A stretch of 64,000 nt of DNA from Thalia democratica. Taxonomy: Eukaryota. Positions 1-13,700 of the stretch are shown in pieces. Both the position numbers and the translations under genes were made by a program. A model generated the notes under the pieces. It searched no databases, was not told where the DNA came from, and saw nothing but the letters and a program-made list of their open reading frames with translations. The stretch is from positions 73,098,001 to 73,162,000 of the forward strand of contig OZ241829.1 of the NCBI GenBank assembly GCA_965202585.1, in the 5' to 3' direction. Every line of letters starts with the position of its first letter. The first letter of the stretch is position 1.

Positions 1-1703
1 TTTTATACAGAGTAAAAAACTTTGTATGCTTAAATATTACTTAGAAAAACAATTAGTTACAAAATATCTATAAAACTGACCAAGCTCATCCTAAAAGTAG
101 TCAAATATATAAACAAAATTAAAAAATCTACAGACTATTTCAGTTATATAAAAAATTCTTAAGTAGCTTTGAAGTTTTTGTAATAACCAAACAAGTTATG
201 TTCCAGAAAAACTTCATTCTTTTCAAAGTCATGCGAAATTTCAAAACTGAATTATTAATGACTTATGAAATATGTATGTGCCACATACTAAGGCTTATGT
301 CAGACTTTCAAATATTTGAATCTCTAGTTTAAAGTTAAAAATCATATAGCTACAATTTTTTACTTCTGACAGAAGTTATTCATGAGTTACAGTTAATGCT
401 TCACTAAAAAATATACTAAAATTTTACTTACCATAAATAAAAACAAATTAAGATTTTTAAGTGTTTACATTTTTCGTATGATTCACAATGTAGATAAAAG
501 TAACTTATTAGCTATATAAATATCTAAATAATTATAGAAGTATTGTATTCTTGAAACTATTTTTTATACATTATTTACTTAGTATATTGATGTAAAAATC
601 AAGTTATATAAAGCAAATTTAAATAAAACTGTTTTATAGTTAATATGTGTTCACTATACGTGTACATTGGTCGAATTCTAAGCTTTTTGAAATAGCTTTA
701 ATAATCACAACATATGCTCAAACCATTTCAATTTTAGCACATAGTAAGTTATTCAAAAAGTATATATGTCTAACACAAATGTATTAGATAAAGAATTCAA
801 AATTACTTTTACAAAAAACAAAGCATTGTAGGATTATAGAAAACAATACACTATTCATTGTACAACTGTTTTCTAGTTTTTCATTTTTTGTCTACGTGTC
901 TTTGTGACAAAAAAAAGTAGTATAACAAAATAACTCAAACATAACTTAAATGTCAAAACACTTTATTTTTAAATATAGGAGATAAATACAACTAAACTAA
1001 ATAATAACTTAAATATTTTGTAAAGTCTATATAAAATTAGTTTAAGAAAGCAGTATTTATGGCTTCAGAACAACTAAAAATAAAACATATTTCAAACTAT
1101 GTAAGTATATATAATACAAAAGCTTTTATAAAGTTTTATTAAAGTTTTAATAACTTTTAATGTTAAATATTACTCATGCTGGTAAATCCATTAAGCTGTT
1201 ATATTCTTTTACATATTTTAATAATAAAAAATTTTAAAACTAGTAATACAATACCTCTTTGTAGTACAAAATATTATTTTTGATAGTATATACTAGTATT
1301 TAAATGGTCAATTTAGGTCATGAATTTTTTAAATATAAATCATTACTATATAAAATCACTCGATAAAAAAGTAAACCAGAGTTTTACATAAAACAATTTT
1401 TTTTACAAAAAAAGAAATTGCTTCAAGCAGTAACAATAGTAAAGCTCGTTTTGTTTAGATTTTCAGTATTTATTTTAAGTAACACTATAAGTCTTTTAAT
1501 TTTAACGTTTAATAAGAAAACTTTATAAGTACATACGAGTATTTCCAAGCTTTAGTTTAATGTATATGACAAGGGCAATTAAAAGTTACGAACTGTATTA
1601 TTTATATAAAAAAATAACTTAAAAACTTTATAAATGGTTAGTACGATTAGTTAGTTTTAACTAGTAAGCAAACAATTTCTAACAACAATCTTATCGATTT
1701 CAG

Positions 1704-4700
1704 ATGATGAAAGTAGCAAGAGAATGTCTACAGTGCTGCAGATCAAAAGCATGTTTGAAAGCAACAAACCCGAGAGGCCAAAACCAGCGATCAGATTGTC
1801 AACCAAGAGGACTTCATTGACTACTTCTACTGAAAAGGACGGCAGGAAATCGTATGAAAAGGTAATTGAAAATGCATAATTCATTTTAAATAGTGCTAAT
1901 GATTAATATGTAATTAATTTGTTGCTGCATATTGTTCTAAAGTTCACAAATTTGCCGTTTTTGTAAAACTGTTCAGATTGTCTAGGAAATTACTTCTGTG
2001 TCCTATTTAGAATATCCTATTCTAAATAATATAGTGATTTTTAGCAACTAGCAATAGTTTATTAATATAAGCGTCTTAGCTCAAGTAATTAAAATTTATA
2101 TAGCTAAAGAAAATGGTATATGAAAGTATGTAAAAAATAATCATGTTCTACAATGATAGGTTTGCGAAATAGATTTCAAAAGAATTACTTATATTAATAC
2201 AGTTGTTAATTTAAGTTGAGAATACACAAATTAAGATCAGAATTTCTTTTATTGAAGTATATAAAAGTGTACTTGTAAAAAATGAGAGCATTAGAAATAA
2301 ACATGCTGTTTTAACTGAACTTGAAATAAAACAAAATTTCCAACAACTTGTATACTTTGTTCAACTAGAAAAAAGTAGACGTTACCATATATAAGAATTT
2401 TTTGAATTATATATAGAATGACTAGAGTAAAAAAAGTATACTATTTCCGTTTTGCAATGACTCATATATTTTAAGCATATGTCTCGAAAAATTTCCTTCA
2501 AATGTTAATAATTAAGTATTTTTGTTTTAAAAACAGTTGTTATTTATTGGTATTTTCTTAACAGATCTACACAGGTGTTTATTTTTAAAGAACGGTTTTA
2601 AATTTTTATTGAAAGCTGTAACTATAAAAGAAAACTTTCTTAAAACTAAAGATAGTTTAGTTATCAGTTTGCTGGATGAAACAAAAACAAATAGTTTTTA
2701 TTACATTTTTAAAGTTAAGTCTTTTTTAGAAACTTATCACAATTACTTTAGTTGACAAATAAAAGTTTACCTCTATTTACTTTATCTTTAAATCATCAAA
2801 CAAAATGTTTGTTTTTAACTAAAAGTTCAGCAAACAAGTTTTAGTTTTGTTAATGTTTGACAAAAAAAAACGTTTTATTGAAACAAAAAATCAATGCAGT
2901 TTGCTAGTATGGCATTGTGGTACTAATTTTAAGCACTTTTCTATGAGAGAAGAACTAACTTTTGTTTTAAGCTTTAGATAATAAGGTAAGTGAGTTTTTA
3001 ACTTATTTATATTTTAACCTTACTGTACAAGTATATTATACAAGTAATTAAACAAGATGACAAATTTTAATTTAGTAACAAAAGTAAACGTTTGACAAAC
3101 TTTTACTAGTTTATGCAAGTTTTAGTAATAGTTTCAAATTGTTATTAACACAGCACAAAATGTATGAGAAATGTTTTTTTTCATTATAGTACTTTATCTT
3201 TAAATATTTTTATTTAAGTTCATATTTGTGATGTCACACCAGGTTTGGAAGACCGGAGTGAGCGCCGAGAGCAAGTCTTCCACGTCATCAGAGGACAGCG
3301 CCATGACGTCACAGCAACCCAATGTGACGTCACACTCGCCGAACGTGAAAAGGCGCCCCCCAGTGGCGGCGGGCAGGCAGAGGCCGGCGTACAGGCACAA
3401 GGACGATTACGTGCCAGTGTGGACCTGCGGCAACGGAAAGGTTTGTGACGTAACTATGACGTGGCAATGTTATCTTCGGTTTTGTGGTAAAAGTTGTCTT
3501 GTATGTTAAAGTGTTTGTTTTTTTATGAGGACTTAAGCTTAATATAGCTTTAACTGCAGAAAAATGTTTACTTTCAAAGTTATTTTTGCTGGCTTCATGA
3601 GTAAAAGAAACTACTTACATTGCTTAAAAATAAACTTACTGGAAAAATAGTTCATTAATGAGATATCCGTTAATTTTAAAGCTTAAATTTTAGTAGTAAT
3701 TAAGTAAATTCTTATAGATTAATTCCTAATTTAGACTAAACTAAAACTTAAAAGAATATCCGAGATACCAGTTTAACCATATTATCTTTTTGTAAAAGGC
3801 ATAAGTTTTTAATCAAATAACTTAAGTGAAGTATTTCATCTAAAAAATTTTACACAAAGCATAAACTTAAAGCATTAAACTTCCAGACGTGTTGCTTAAA
3901 GTTTTTAAAATTTTAAAAGGATTTTAAAATTTGGAAATAAGCTAATTTTCTTTGGAAATTGAACAAAGCCTTTGAAACTTCAGTATGACTTTCATTAATT
4001 ATTCAAAACCTTGCTCCGTTCAAAGATAAAATACATGAAATTTTACATACTTGCAACTAACACAGTTGATAAAAAATTGTTTTAAAGTTTACATACAATA
4101 ACAACAAATGTCAATATTTTTTTGTAAAGGATGAATAAAACTTTCTTATCAAGGATTTAACTATATTTAAAGTAACTTCAATAATTTATAAACAAAAACT
4201 ACTGAATGTATTATAAATTAAGTTTATAGTTCAGATTATAGGTATCATAAACTTTTACTTTAACTTAATATTTTCACAGGTATTTCTTGATGAAAAGCAA
4301 GGGAGAAAATCCTTAGATCAGAGTAATGAGGTCAGTGCAAAACAAATTTAGTTAAAACTTTAAAACTTAACATTGTTAAAATAATTCATTATCTTAAATA
4401 TCAAACAAATAAATGAATGTATTTGAATAATAGATCAAGTAATATATGGTATAAAATTCTTGACTTTAGCCTATTTATTTATATCTAGCCTACGAGAATA
4501 GTCTTAAGTTTAAAGAGTTATGTATTATAAATTTTGTTATTTCTTTACAAATTAAAATAAAACCATTAAAACGTATAAGTTTATACTAATTAATTTATAT
4601 ATGAAAACAAATTTTGTTTTTGGATTGTTAATTTAGTTTAAGTTATAATAACTGATTTTTTAAAACTATAAAATTTTTTTTACATTCTCTATCAATCTAT

Positions 4701-7700
4701 ATTTTTATTATTCTTTTTTTTTTGATATTTGCAGTCTTTTTGCTATTAAGTAAAACAGCTAAAATGCTACTACAGAAATACAAAAAACAAACTTATAATT
4801 AAATAAAACAATTATTTATACAACTTAGTTTTATTAACATTAAAAACAAATGTTCTAGATCACTACATAAAAAACAACCAAATATTTACAAAAATCAAGA
4901 AAATATTTACAAAATATACATGTCACAAACTGAAAGCTTGTAGCGTAAGGTACTTGTAACAAGTGGAGAATCTCTGTTAAAAAAGCTTATGACAATTTTC
5001 CTTCAAACATTTAAAAGTAAAACACTTAAACCTTGTTTAATACAGACATACAAAAGGTGAAAAACATACGAAAATTTTCATAGTGTTACAGTATTGTATA
5101 AACTAATGATTTAATTTTCTGATATTAGTTTTTATTATGGCACTCATACCACTTTATTTCAAGTTAAAAGTATTAAAGTATAATAAAAATGTTAAAAATG
5201 TTCCAAACCCACAAAAAAATCAAGCTAAGTATAATAACTTAAGTAAAATGATCAAAACAAAGTCAATTTACAAATGCTTGTAATTTTGGTGTGCTATTAA
5301 CTAAGGTGAACAATTTTTACTTGTTGTGAATAACTACCATAATTTTTAACCTTAATGATATCTTTATTTTAAAAACCTAATAAAGTTGATTATGATTATG
5401 ATGAATAAGAAGATTATTTTATAAAATAATAACTTTCAACTGATTAGAATAAAGAACAGAGTGTAATAAAGACTATGAAATTTTTGTTTAAACTTTAACA
5501 TCTTCTTTTTATAAGGTTGAAATCAGACACATTGATTAAAAAATTACATAAGTTTCTAATTCTTAACTTATTATCTAACAACATTTTAATGCCATAAGTA
5601 AAGTTACTCTGCAGTTAGAGTAACCTTCATACGTATTAGTTTTAGTAACTATGGAATACAAAGTGAAACAATATACCTAGCTCTACTTAATATATTGTAT
5701 TATGACCTAACAAAACTTATATGCTGTTAGCAAACCACACTGCAGTTAGAATATGTCGGAATAATACGTATAAGTAAATATGGAATAGATTGTAACTTAT
5801 GTACCTAGCAACATTTAACCATACGTATTAGTTTTAGTAATAATGGAATTAAATGTACATCAATGTACTTAGCACCACTTAACATATCGCAACATTAATA
5901 TAAACACGTATGGAAAAGAGCCATGCCAATGTTCCCTGCCAATGTCACATAGGTCATGTAGCAAAATAATCTAATGCAGCAGCTCATAACGTTAGTATGT
6001 TAAAACATTTAAAGACGTAACCCTGTAAAGTATATAACTAAGAATAGAATCTTTGTGACCAACTTAAACAAAAAAGAAAGAAAATACAATTTCTGACTGT
6101 TGAAAAAGTTCAATCAGTTGGTTGTAGTGACATAAACAAGCAAAAACTCATAAAAGTCTCTATGACGTCATAGAACGCATAAGAAAAAGTCTAAATCTAA
6201 AACATATGAAACTTATTTTCCCAGCTGACTAAAATATAGTTTACCCTGTTTTTAAGTACTTAAGGCAGCAGCTCTCAAAAGAAAAGATTTCATTATTTCC
6301 TATTTAAAAAATTACTCAAGATAGTTTAGTAATAAAGTAATAAAGAAGTAAACTTTGGTTGAAATTTACCCCATTAAGCGCATATAAAAGGAAAAAGGTG
6401 TAGGTAGTACTCCTGAAACATTTGTAATAAAACAATAAGCCAGCTTCAGCCAACAAAATGCGCGTGACACCGAGTTTCTGAAGTAATAATTATTAATGCT
6501 ACATCATGTAGCTGCACCCCCAAAAAATATCTAGCTCGACCTAATATATGACACCATTCAACATAAAAACGTATTGAAGAGCATCAAAATATTCCCTGCC
6601 AATGTCACATAGGTCAAGTAACAAAATAATCTAATGTAGCAACTCTTAACTCGAAGACACCAGAATTAACTCATAAAGGTTACTCTAAAAAGAGTAAATT
6701 AAGAGAACACCCTGCAATTTAAGTGACCCCTTTAATCAGAAAAAAGGAACAAATTAGCTGTTAAGTGATAAAAAACAGCAAAAATAGTGATGTAAGACCA
6801 AGTTATGACGTTAAAAAGCAAAACAAGGAAATTCTAACCATTAAGTTTAATCAACCCGTTAAAAATAGTATTAAGGTTTTACCCTTGAATTACCTTGAAT
6901 TACCCCAATAAATTGTAACGAGTTTAGATACAACTTCTAAAATAAATCAATTACAACCAACAAAACCCAAAAAGCAATACCGATTGTCGACGTCATAATG
7001 CTGTCGTGACGTCATAATGCTTCTTCCTTGATCAGCGTCTCGCCGAGTAGCTATATCCCTCTGCGTCCGTTGTGTCTCCTCTTGACTCCACGTGGCTCAC
7101 CACTGCTGCTACCGTTGTTGCTTGCCTTGTTGCTGCTACCGTTGTTGCTTCCGTTGTTGCTGCTGTTGTTGCCGCTGTTGTTGCTTCTATTGCTGCTTCC
7201 ACTAGTACCGCTGGACCCACCTGCTCTTGCTGGTCTGTTGCTGGCACTATTGCTGATTGCTCCTTCCTCAACTGCTCTATTTCTTTCTATTTGTCTTCTC
7301 ATGTTCCGGTCTATACAATAAAATATTTTACAGTAAAACAAAAAATGTTTTGCAAACTTAAGCTGTGTGCTGCAAACTACAGTGGCAATGAAAGAGTTTT
7401 TTTTTAAACATCAACCTGTTCGAATTCTGCTGTTGCTGCTTGGCATATTTGGTCCAAGCGCAGCAAGCGCTCCAGTTGGTTCATGGCTTATGTTTCCACG
7501 TTGCACAAAAGGGTCTGGTAAAAGATCAACCAAGATAAGTTGTTGAAAAACAATAACTAAAGAGAATTTGATTACCATTATAAAATCATAAAAAGAAAAG
7601 TTTCTTAAAAAAATTTACTTATGAAAGTCCTCTTACTAAAAAAAGAACCTGTCCAAAATCTTCCGTTGTTGCTTGGCATAGTGGGTCCAAGCACAGCAAG

Positions 7701-10700
7701 CACTCCAGTGGGTTCATGGCTTACGTTTCCACGTTGCACAAAAGGGTCTGTTGAATGAGCATCCAAGATAAGTTTTTGAAAAAACAATTAAAAAAAAAAG
7801 GATTTTAAAAATTATACTTGTAAGTGTCTAACCAAAAAAGTTATTAATGCATACCTGTCCAAATTCTGCTGCTGCTTGGTCCTGCTTGTCCAGTTGATCC
7901 TGCACTTGATCTTGCCCCAATGGCTTCATACCTTTGGTTTTGCACGCACGGGACAATACGACATTGGCAAGTTTGACCATTCTGAAAATTTATTTTAAAT
8001 TACTTTTTGTCTTAAAGCTTTTTGAAAAATAAATATTAGAATTTTCTTTTAGGTTTTTCTTATAAAAGTTTCAATAAAAAATAAGATAATTTTATATTAT
8101 GTTTTTTTTTTTCACAGAATTTAAAAAATTTTTAGATATCTAACAAAATATTAGATATCAAAGCAAATAATTAAGTGGTCATTGCTCATTTGACCACTCT
8201 GATAAAAATTATTAGTTGTGCTATACTATAAAAAAGAACTGGATAACTGTTCAAAAAAATACTACGTCGTGTTACTTTAATTAACCTGTCTGGAATCGAC
8301 GTCCTGCCACGCAAACGGGTTGCGCCCGTCGCCGTCACCAGCCATGCACTCGCACCCCGCCTCGATCGTGGTTAAATCGATGCAGCTGAAATCGCTTGTT
8401 CCGCCGCTCGAGAGAGTGAGCTCATCATCTTCCGCGCTCCATCCTTCCAAAATGGCATCCATGCGCGCGTACCTGTCGTCGTCATCAGACCTGCGCTCGC
8501 TCCCCGCCTCGATGGTAAACTCGAAATTGTTGCGTGTTCCTCCAAAAAAGCTGCTCCCGCCGCTCGAGAGAGTGAGCTCCTCCCATTCATCACCTTCTGC
8601 GCTTCCTCCTTCTGAAACGTGATTCACGGCTGCCGACCGCTCGTCGAGCTTGTTCATGTTTTTAGTCACAGTTTTGAGTGCGTCAACCATCTCTTGATTT
8701 TCAACTAAAGTAATCATTCTCTCTAGAGTCTGCCCGACCTCTTCTTCTGTATTTTCCTCCCTGACGTCACTCGCGGGATTCAGAATTTTGTCAAAGATTT
8801 CTTTGACGTTATTCATCATCCTAGCCATGACTTGCGGAAACCTTTGCAGTTTCGCCACTGCTTGTCGCACCTCTTGTTCTTCTGGATCTTCTTTCTCAAT
8901 GTCACCCGCGGTGTGCGAAGTCCTGTTATAGACTTCTTCCAAGTTTTTGACTAAATCAGCCACGGCTTGCGGCACCCTTTGCAAACTTGCCAATGCCTGC
9001 CGCGTCTCTTGTTCTCTTTCCGCTTCCTCGTCGTTCCTTCTTTCCGCACTTTCCTCCTCGCACACGAAGGAAAAGGAACGAAAGTCGCTGACGTCACTCG
9101 CCACTGAAGGCGGGGGCGCGTCTGAGCCGCTCGGTATCTCCACAAGCGCTGGCAAAGGTTCTATGACGTCATGATGGCTTTCTGCCAGCGCCGGTGCCAA
9201 CGCGACGTCATCGAGGAACCGCTGAATCAAGCTTGAGTCTTGCTCGGGCGCCCCGCCGTCCATCATCTCCGGGAAAAGAATGACGTCAGCACTGTCTTGA
9301 GTGAGCGGAGCTCTCTGCTTGCTGAGGTCAATGTGGTCAGACATCTTTTGCTGATACAAGTTAACAACTAACACTCTGAAATATTTTTATTCAGTAAAGA
9401 AACAGCTTACTACATGCATCTCTATGAGAAAATAATAAGTTTAAATAGATACAAAGAATTCTACTTTTATTGGTTTAATTTCTTTCTAAAACTTTTGCTA
9501 CAGCTTTTGTTAAAAGTATTTATTAGTACCTATACTGTATAATAAATATTATTTACCGCAGTCAACTAACATGTACTTAGAAATCAACTTTATAAAAGCA
9601 GCACTGCTAAAACCTAAAATCTAAAAGTGCAAACAGTAAGCTTCTAAAATGGCCATAATAAAAGTATACGGTTTCAGCTTAATCCACCTAAACTCAAACA
9701 AAATAGCATCAAAGTTAATTTAAAAATTTTGACGTAAACCATTTTCACAGGCCGGAAGTCCTACACCTTATGATAGGAAGTCTTCTGAGGCGGCAAACAG
9801 TAACTTCCAGAAATGGAGTGAGGTTAGTAACTTCATGTATTGTGAATATTTATAGACACAGATTATTAAGTAAAATGATAAAAAAGTTTAGGCATTGAGG
9901 ACCATGCAGATAAAGGGTGCAGAAAAAAATAAACTGCTCTAGATTCAGTTATTAGCAAAAATATAAATTATAAGAAGCAGTAGACTTTAATAAAAAATAC
10001 CTAGTTTAAAATGATCTGAAAATCTTTGAGCCTGCTTGCGATTAGTCATGTTTTAACAGTGTAAATTGTGGTTAACAAATGTAACGTTATGATTTAAATA
10101 GATAGTTTTTTCTTCCTTAATCTGCTTGAATTATTATAAGAAAAACAACTATTGCAAGCCAATTTTTACTTGTTATTTCAACGCTGTTTAGTTAAGTGAT
10201 ATTATTAGTAAATGATAAATTGTGATCTCAATAATTTTGAAACTGACTATCAAAATTATTGTTCCAATTCAACATTAACTTTAGGCTAAATTAAATCTTA
10301 TTTGAAATAAGCTTAACGTTAAACTTATTGGCATATTAAGAATTAAATACAAGTAGTTGCACAGTTTAATTTAAACACGCAAGTAAACGTCTAATAAATT
10401 TTGTCAGTTTAACAGCGGCAGTAAAATTACATTCAATTACATTAAAAGCTGCCTACGAAGCGGCGGAAATTTCAACGAGCACATCTCACTCTCACTTTTT
10501 CGCACTTAAAAACGCTCTCACTGATTCTCTCTACTTTCTCTCTTATCAACAGTGATGTTTTTGCGCGCGATCAACTGCGATTTTTGGGTTTTTTCCGCTG
10601 ACACCTGATGCAATATTTTGTAAATATTCATACGCCGATTCGCGCCTCTCGACTATATGTGTTTGAATTATATCCCAGATAAAAAAAAGCAAAGTTATAC

Positions 10701-13700
10701 GTGGAAACGCCAAACTCTTATGTTTAGTTTCGTACAATCTATAAAATACATATTTCCGAATTAGTATATGATTAATTTAAAAAGTGTAAAGACATTCTAG
10801 GGCACTAAAAGAAAAAAATAAAATCAAATACAAACTATGTTTACTGTATTAAGTTGTGTATGCTTATATAAAGAAAAAAATCGTAAATTATAAATTTTGA
10901 AATAAACCCAACTAAACTGCTTTATAAAATAATATATATAGTATGCAAGTATCAAATAGAAATTATGTTAAGCTAATAACTTTTAACTTGACTATTTCAA
11001 AAGTATATTAAACATAAATATATCTAAAAACAAAACAACCTGACAAACAAACGCTAAGAATTACACTTATTTTAAAACTAACTATGCTTTTATTAACACT
11101 ACTTTGGTGCATTAGTTCAGCAATACACAAATTAAATAAAGTTCTTATGCCTGCTAAAATAAGTAACAATGTGTTTACCTAAAAGCTACGTTTGATTTTT
11201 AAATTTATATGGTCTTTTACACTACACTAAAACTTATCATTGACAATAAGAATGAAACTATTTTAAGGTAAGACAGAATAAATGTCCTTTAAAACTATCA
11301 ACTATTAATTTAAATGAAACTCAAACTTTTAAAAGCACACCTAAAGTAGATAGTTTGATATTACTACTGTATATTTTAGTTGAACTTATGTTACCTATTA
11401 GATGTTTTACCCAGTATTTTAATTATGTAATTCATTAAAATTTTAATAAACGTGTTAATTAAAACTAAACACCATTAACTTTTATTAAAAAAATGTTTGA
11501 AAGAAAATATTATACTTATGCATATGGCAACTTATTTAGATACTAGATATATAAAGTATATATACTCACATACATACATGTTTATTATGTAAATATATAT
11601 ATATATATAAAGTGTAAATGCAATCAAATAAATGTTGAGGTAAATGTATAAAAAGTATAGTTAAAAACCTTAGCATTTGAGACGTAGCATTAAGTGGGCG
11701 GTCAAATAAGTTAAATACTGAGCACCAAATTAAATTGTGTAGACAGTTTTTAACCAGAAAAAAAAAACTCGCGAAAACACAATCACTGTTGGCTAGACAG
11801 CGTCGCAGATAAAACGAGAGAACTGAAAAACGAGAGAGAAGTGTTAAGAGTGTATATTGCAATGAAATCATTGGAGCGTGAATTACATCGCATGATCGCA
11901 TGATACTGTAAGCGCGAAAAACTTGATAATTTGCATAATTCTAGAAAAATCATTACCGCCTAAAACCGTTATTATTTCAACGTAAATCAAATTTTGGCGG
12001 AAAATTTCAGATAGTCAGATCTCAAAAATATAGCCACGTAAAATTTTATGATGCCGTAACTACAACTCAATTTTAATTGTTGTTCCAATCATTATACTTT
12101 TTTACTTAATAAAAGTATATCAATAAAACTGTTAAAAGTTTTTGCTTTTTGTAAAACTTATGAAACTACTATATTATTAATAAATGTATAACTATTATAA
12201 TTACTGCAATAATAATTATTTAAGCTGAAGATATTTAAGCATTTTATGAAATAGATTTAAAATTTTAAATGATATACAATTATGGTTGTAAAACAACAAT
12301 TTTTATAATTAGTTCATACCATTAACTTTATATAACTCTTATGCATTATAAGTTTATTCCTTTAAATATTTTTTCAAGCCACTATGTCAATAGATAAAAG
12401 TTAAGCAAGTTTCTTATCTACAAATAATGGTCTTGAACTAGCTTTACTCACCCAAATAAAGTTTGCAATTATCTGTACCTGTTGTTTGCTTTTATGAAAA
12501 GTTATGTGAATTATCATGTAATTAAAATATGTGGCTTATAAAAACTTTCAGTATTAGTGATTTTCCTTAAAATTTATAAAATGTATTAATGTTTATAAAG
12601 TCTTTTTTAAAGTTAAAAGATTTATCATTTAATTTATACATGTGGGCCACAAACATTTTCAATATTAGTTTTTTTTTTAACAATATCAACATATTATACA
12701 AATATTTAGCAAACTATACCTGCAATTATGTGAATTATAATGTAAGTCAAGCATGTGTAGGCCATTACACATGTTTAACTTTTACTAAAATAATATTACA
12801 AAATTAATATACATGAGACAAATACAAGAGTCAACAGCCTAAACACAGTATTAGAAAACCAAATGTTTTTAAATGATGCCTTTATGTTGAAAGATATGTT
12901 TTAAAAAAAAAAATCATTATAGTATAACATTGTATAATACATTATTATAACATGACTTAAAACACAGACAATCTAACAAAAGGTTCAAAAATAAACACAC
13001 AAAAGTAAATTTGTGCAGAATATTTATATTCTTATCCTAGTAAAAGTAATAATTTAACAAAAAACTATCTGTATTCTGTAATGTCTGGAATTTTAATATG
13101 TAAACTTAAATCTTTAATGGCAATAAATAATAATTACCCAACATTAAAATCTGTTCTATGTGAATCTAAAAATACTCCTATAATACATAGTAAACAAATA
13201 AAACAGCTTGAATAAACTGAGAACATCTAAAAACATAACAATTTTTTATGTTGAACAAAGTTTTTGCATTTATGGGAAGTTGTATAACATTTTGGTGTAT
13301 TCTAGAATTGAACGCTCATGACGCTACCGTGTGGCTTGTTGTTTGTAACAAGTTTTAATTTTAAAACAGTGCATTTTAAAATGCAAAAAACATTACTTAC
13401 ACACAAAAAAAAAAACCTTTATGTTTTTTTTGTAATTTTCATATTTGTTCGATATGAAAATTTTGTAATACTAAATCACAAATTTTAACAGTTAAAAGAA
13501 CAAAGATATTAACTGTATATATTTTAAAACGGTTCGGAAATAAAGTTATCTTTTGTGAATCATTTTAAAAATAACTAAAACACTTGAAAAAAATAAAAGT
13601 TAGAATGGCTAATTAAAGTCTCTTACCAAAGGTAAAAATTGAGAATAAATTATTTGTTAATTATAAACGTAGTCTGAATATAATTTATTCCCTGTTATTA

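Noticed and set aside
3200-3509. Stand-alone ORFs at 3200-3400 (-), 3228-3509 (+) and 3245-3448 (+)
   Set aside because: The GC-rich core is explained by the phase 0-0 exon 3243-3440; the ATG at 3228 lies upstream of the acceptor.
7028-7407. Leu-rich and Ala/Val-rich ORFs (7028-7321 +, 7072-7407 +, 7032-7271 -)
   Set aside because: They are alternative-frame shadows of the low-complexity last exon of the nested gene; only the NNGSS frame fits the upstream splice phases.
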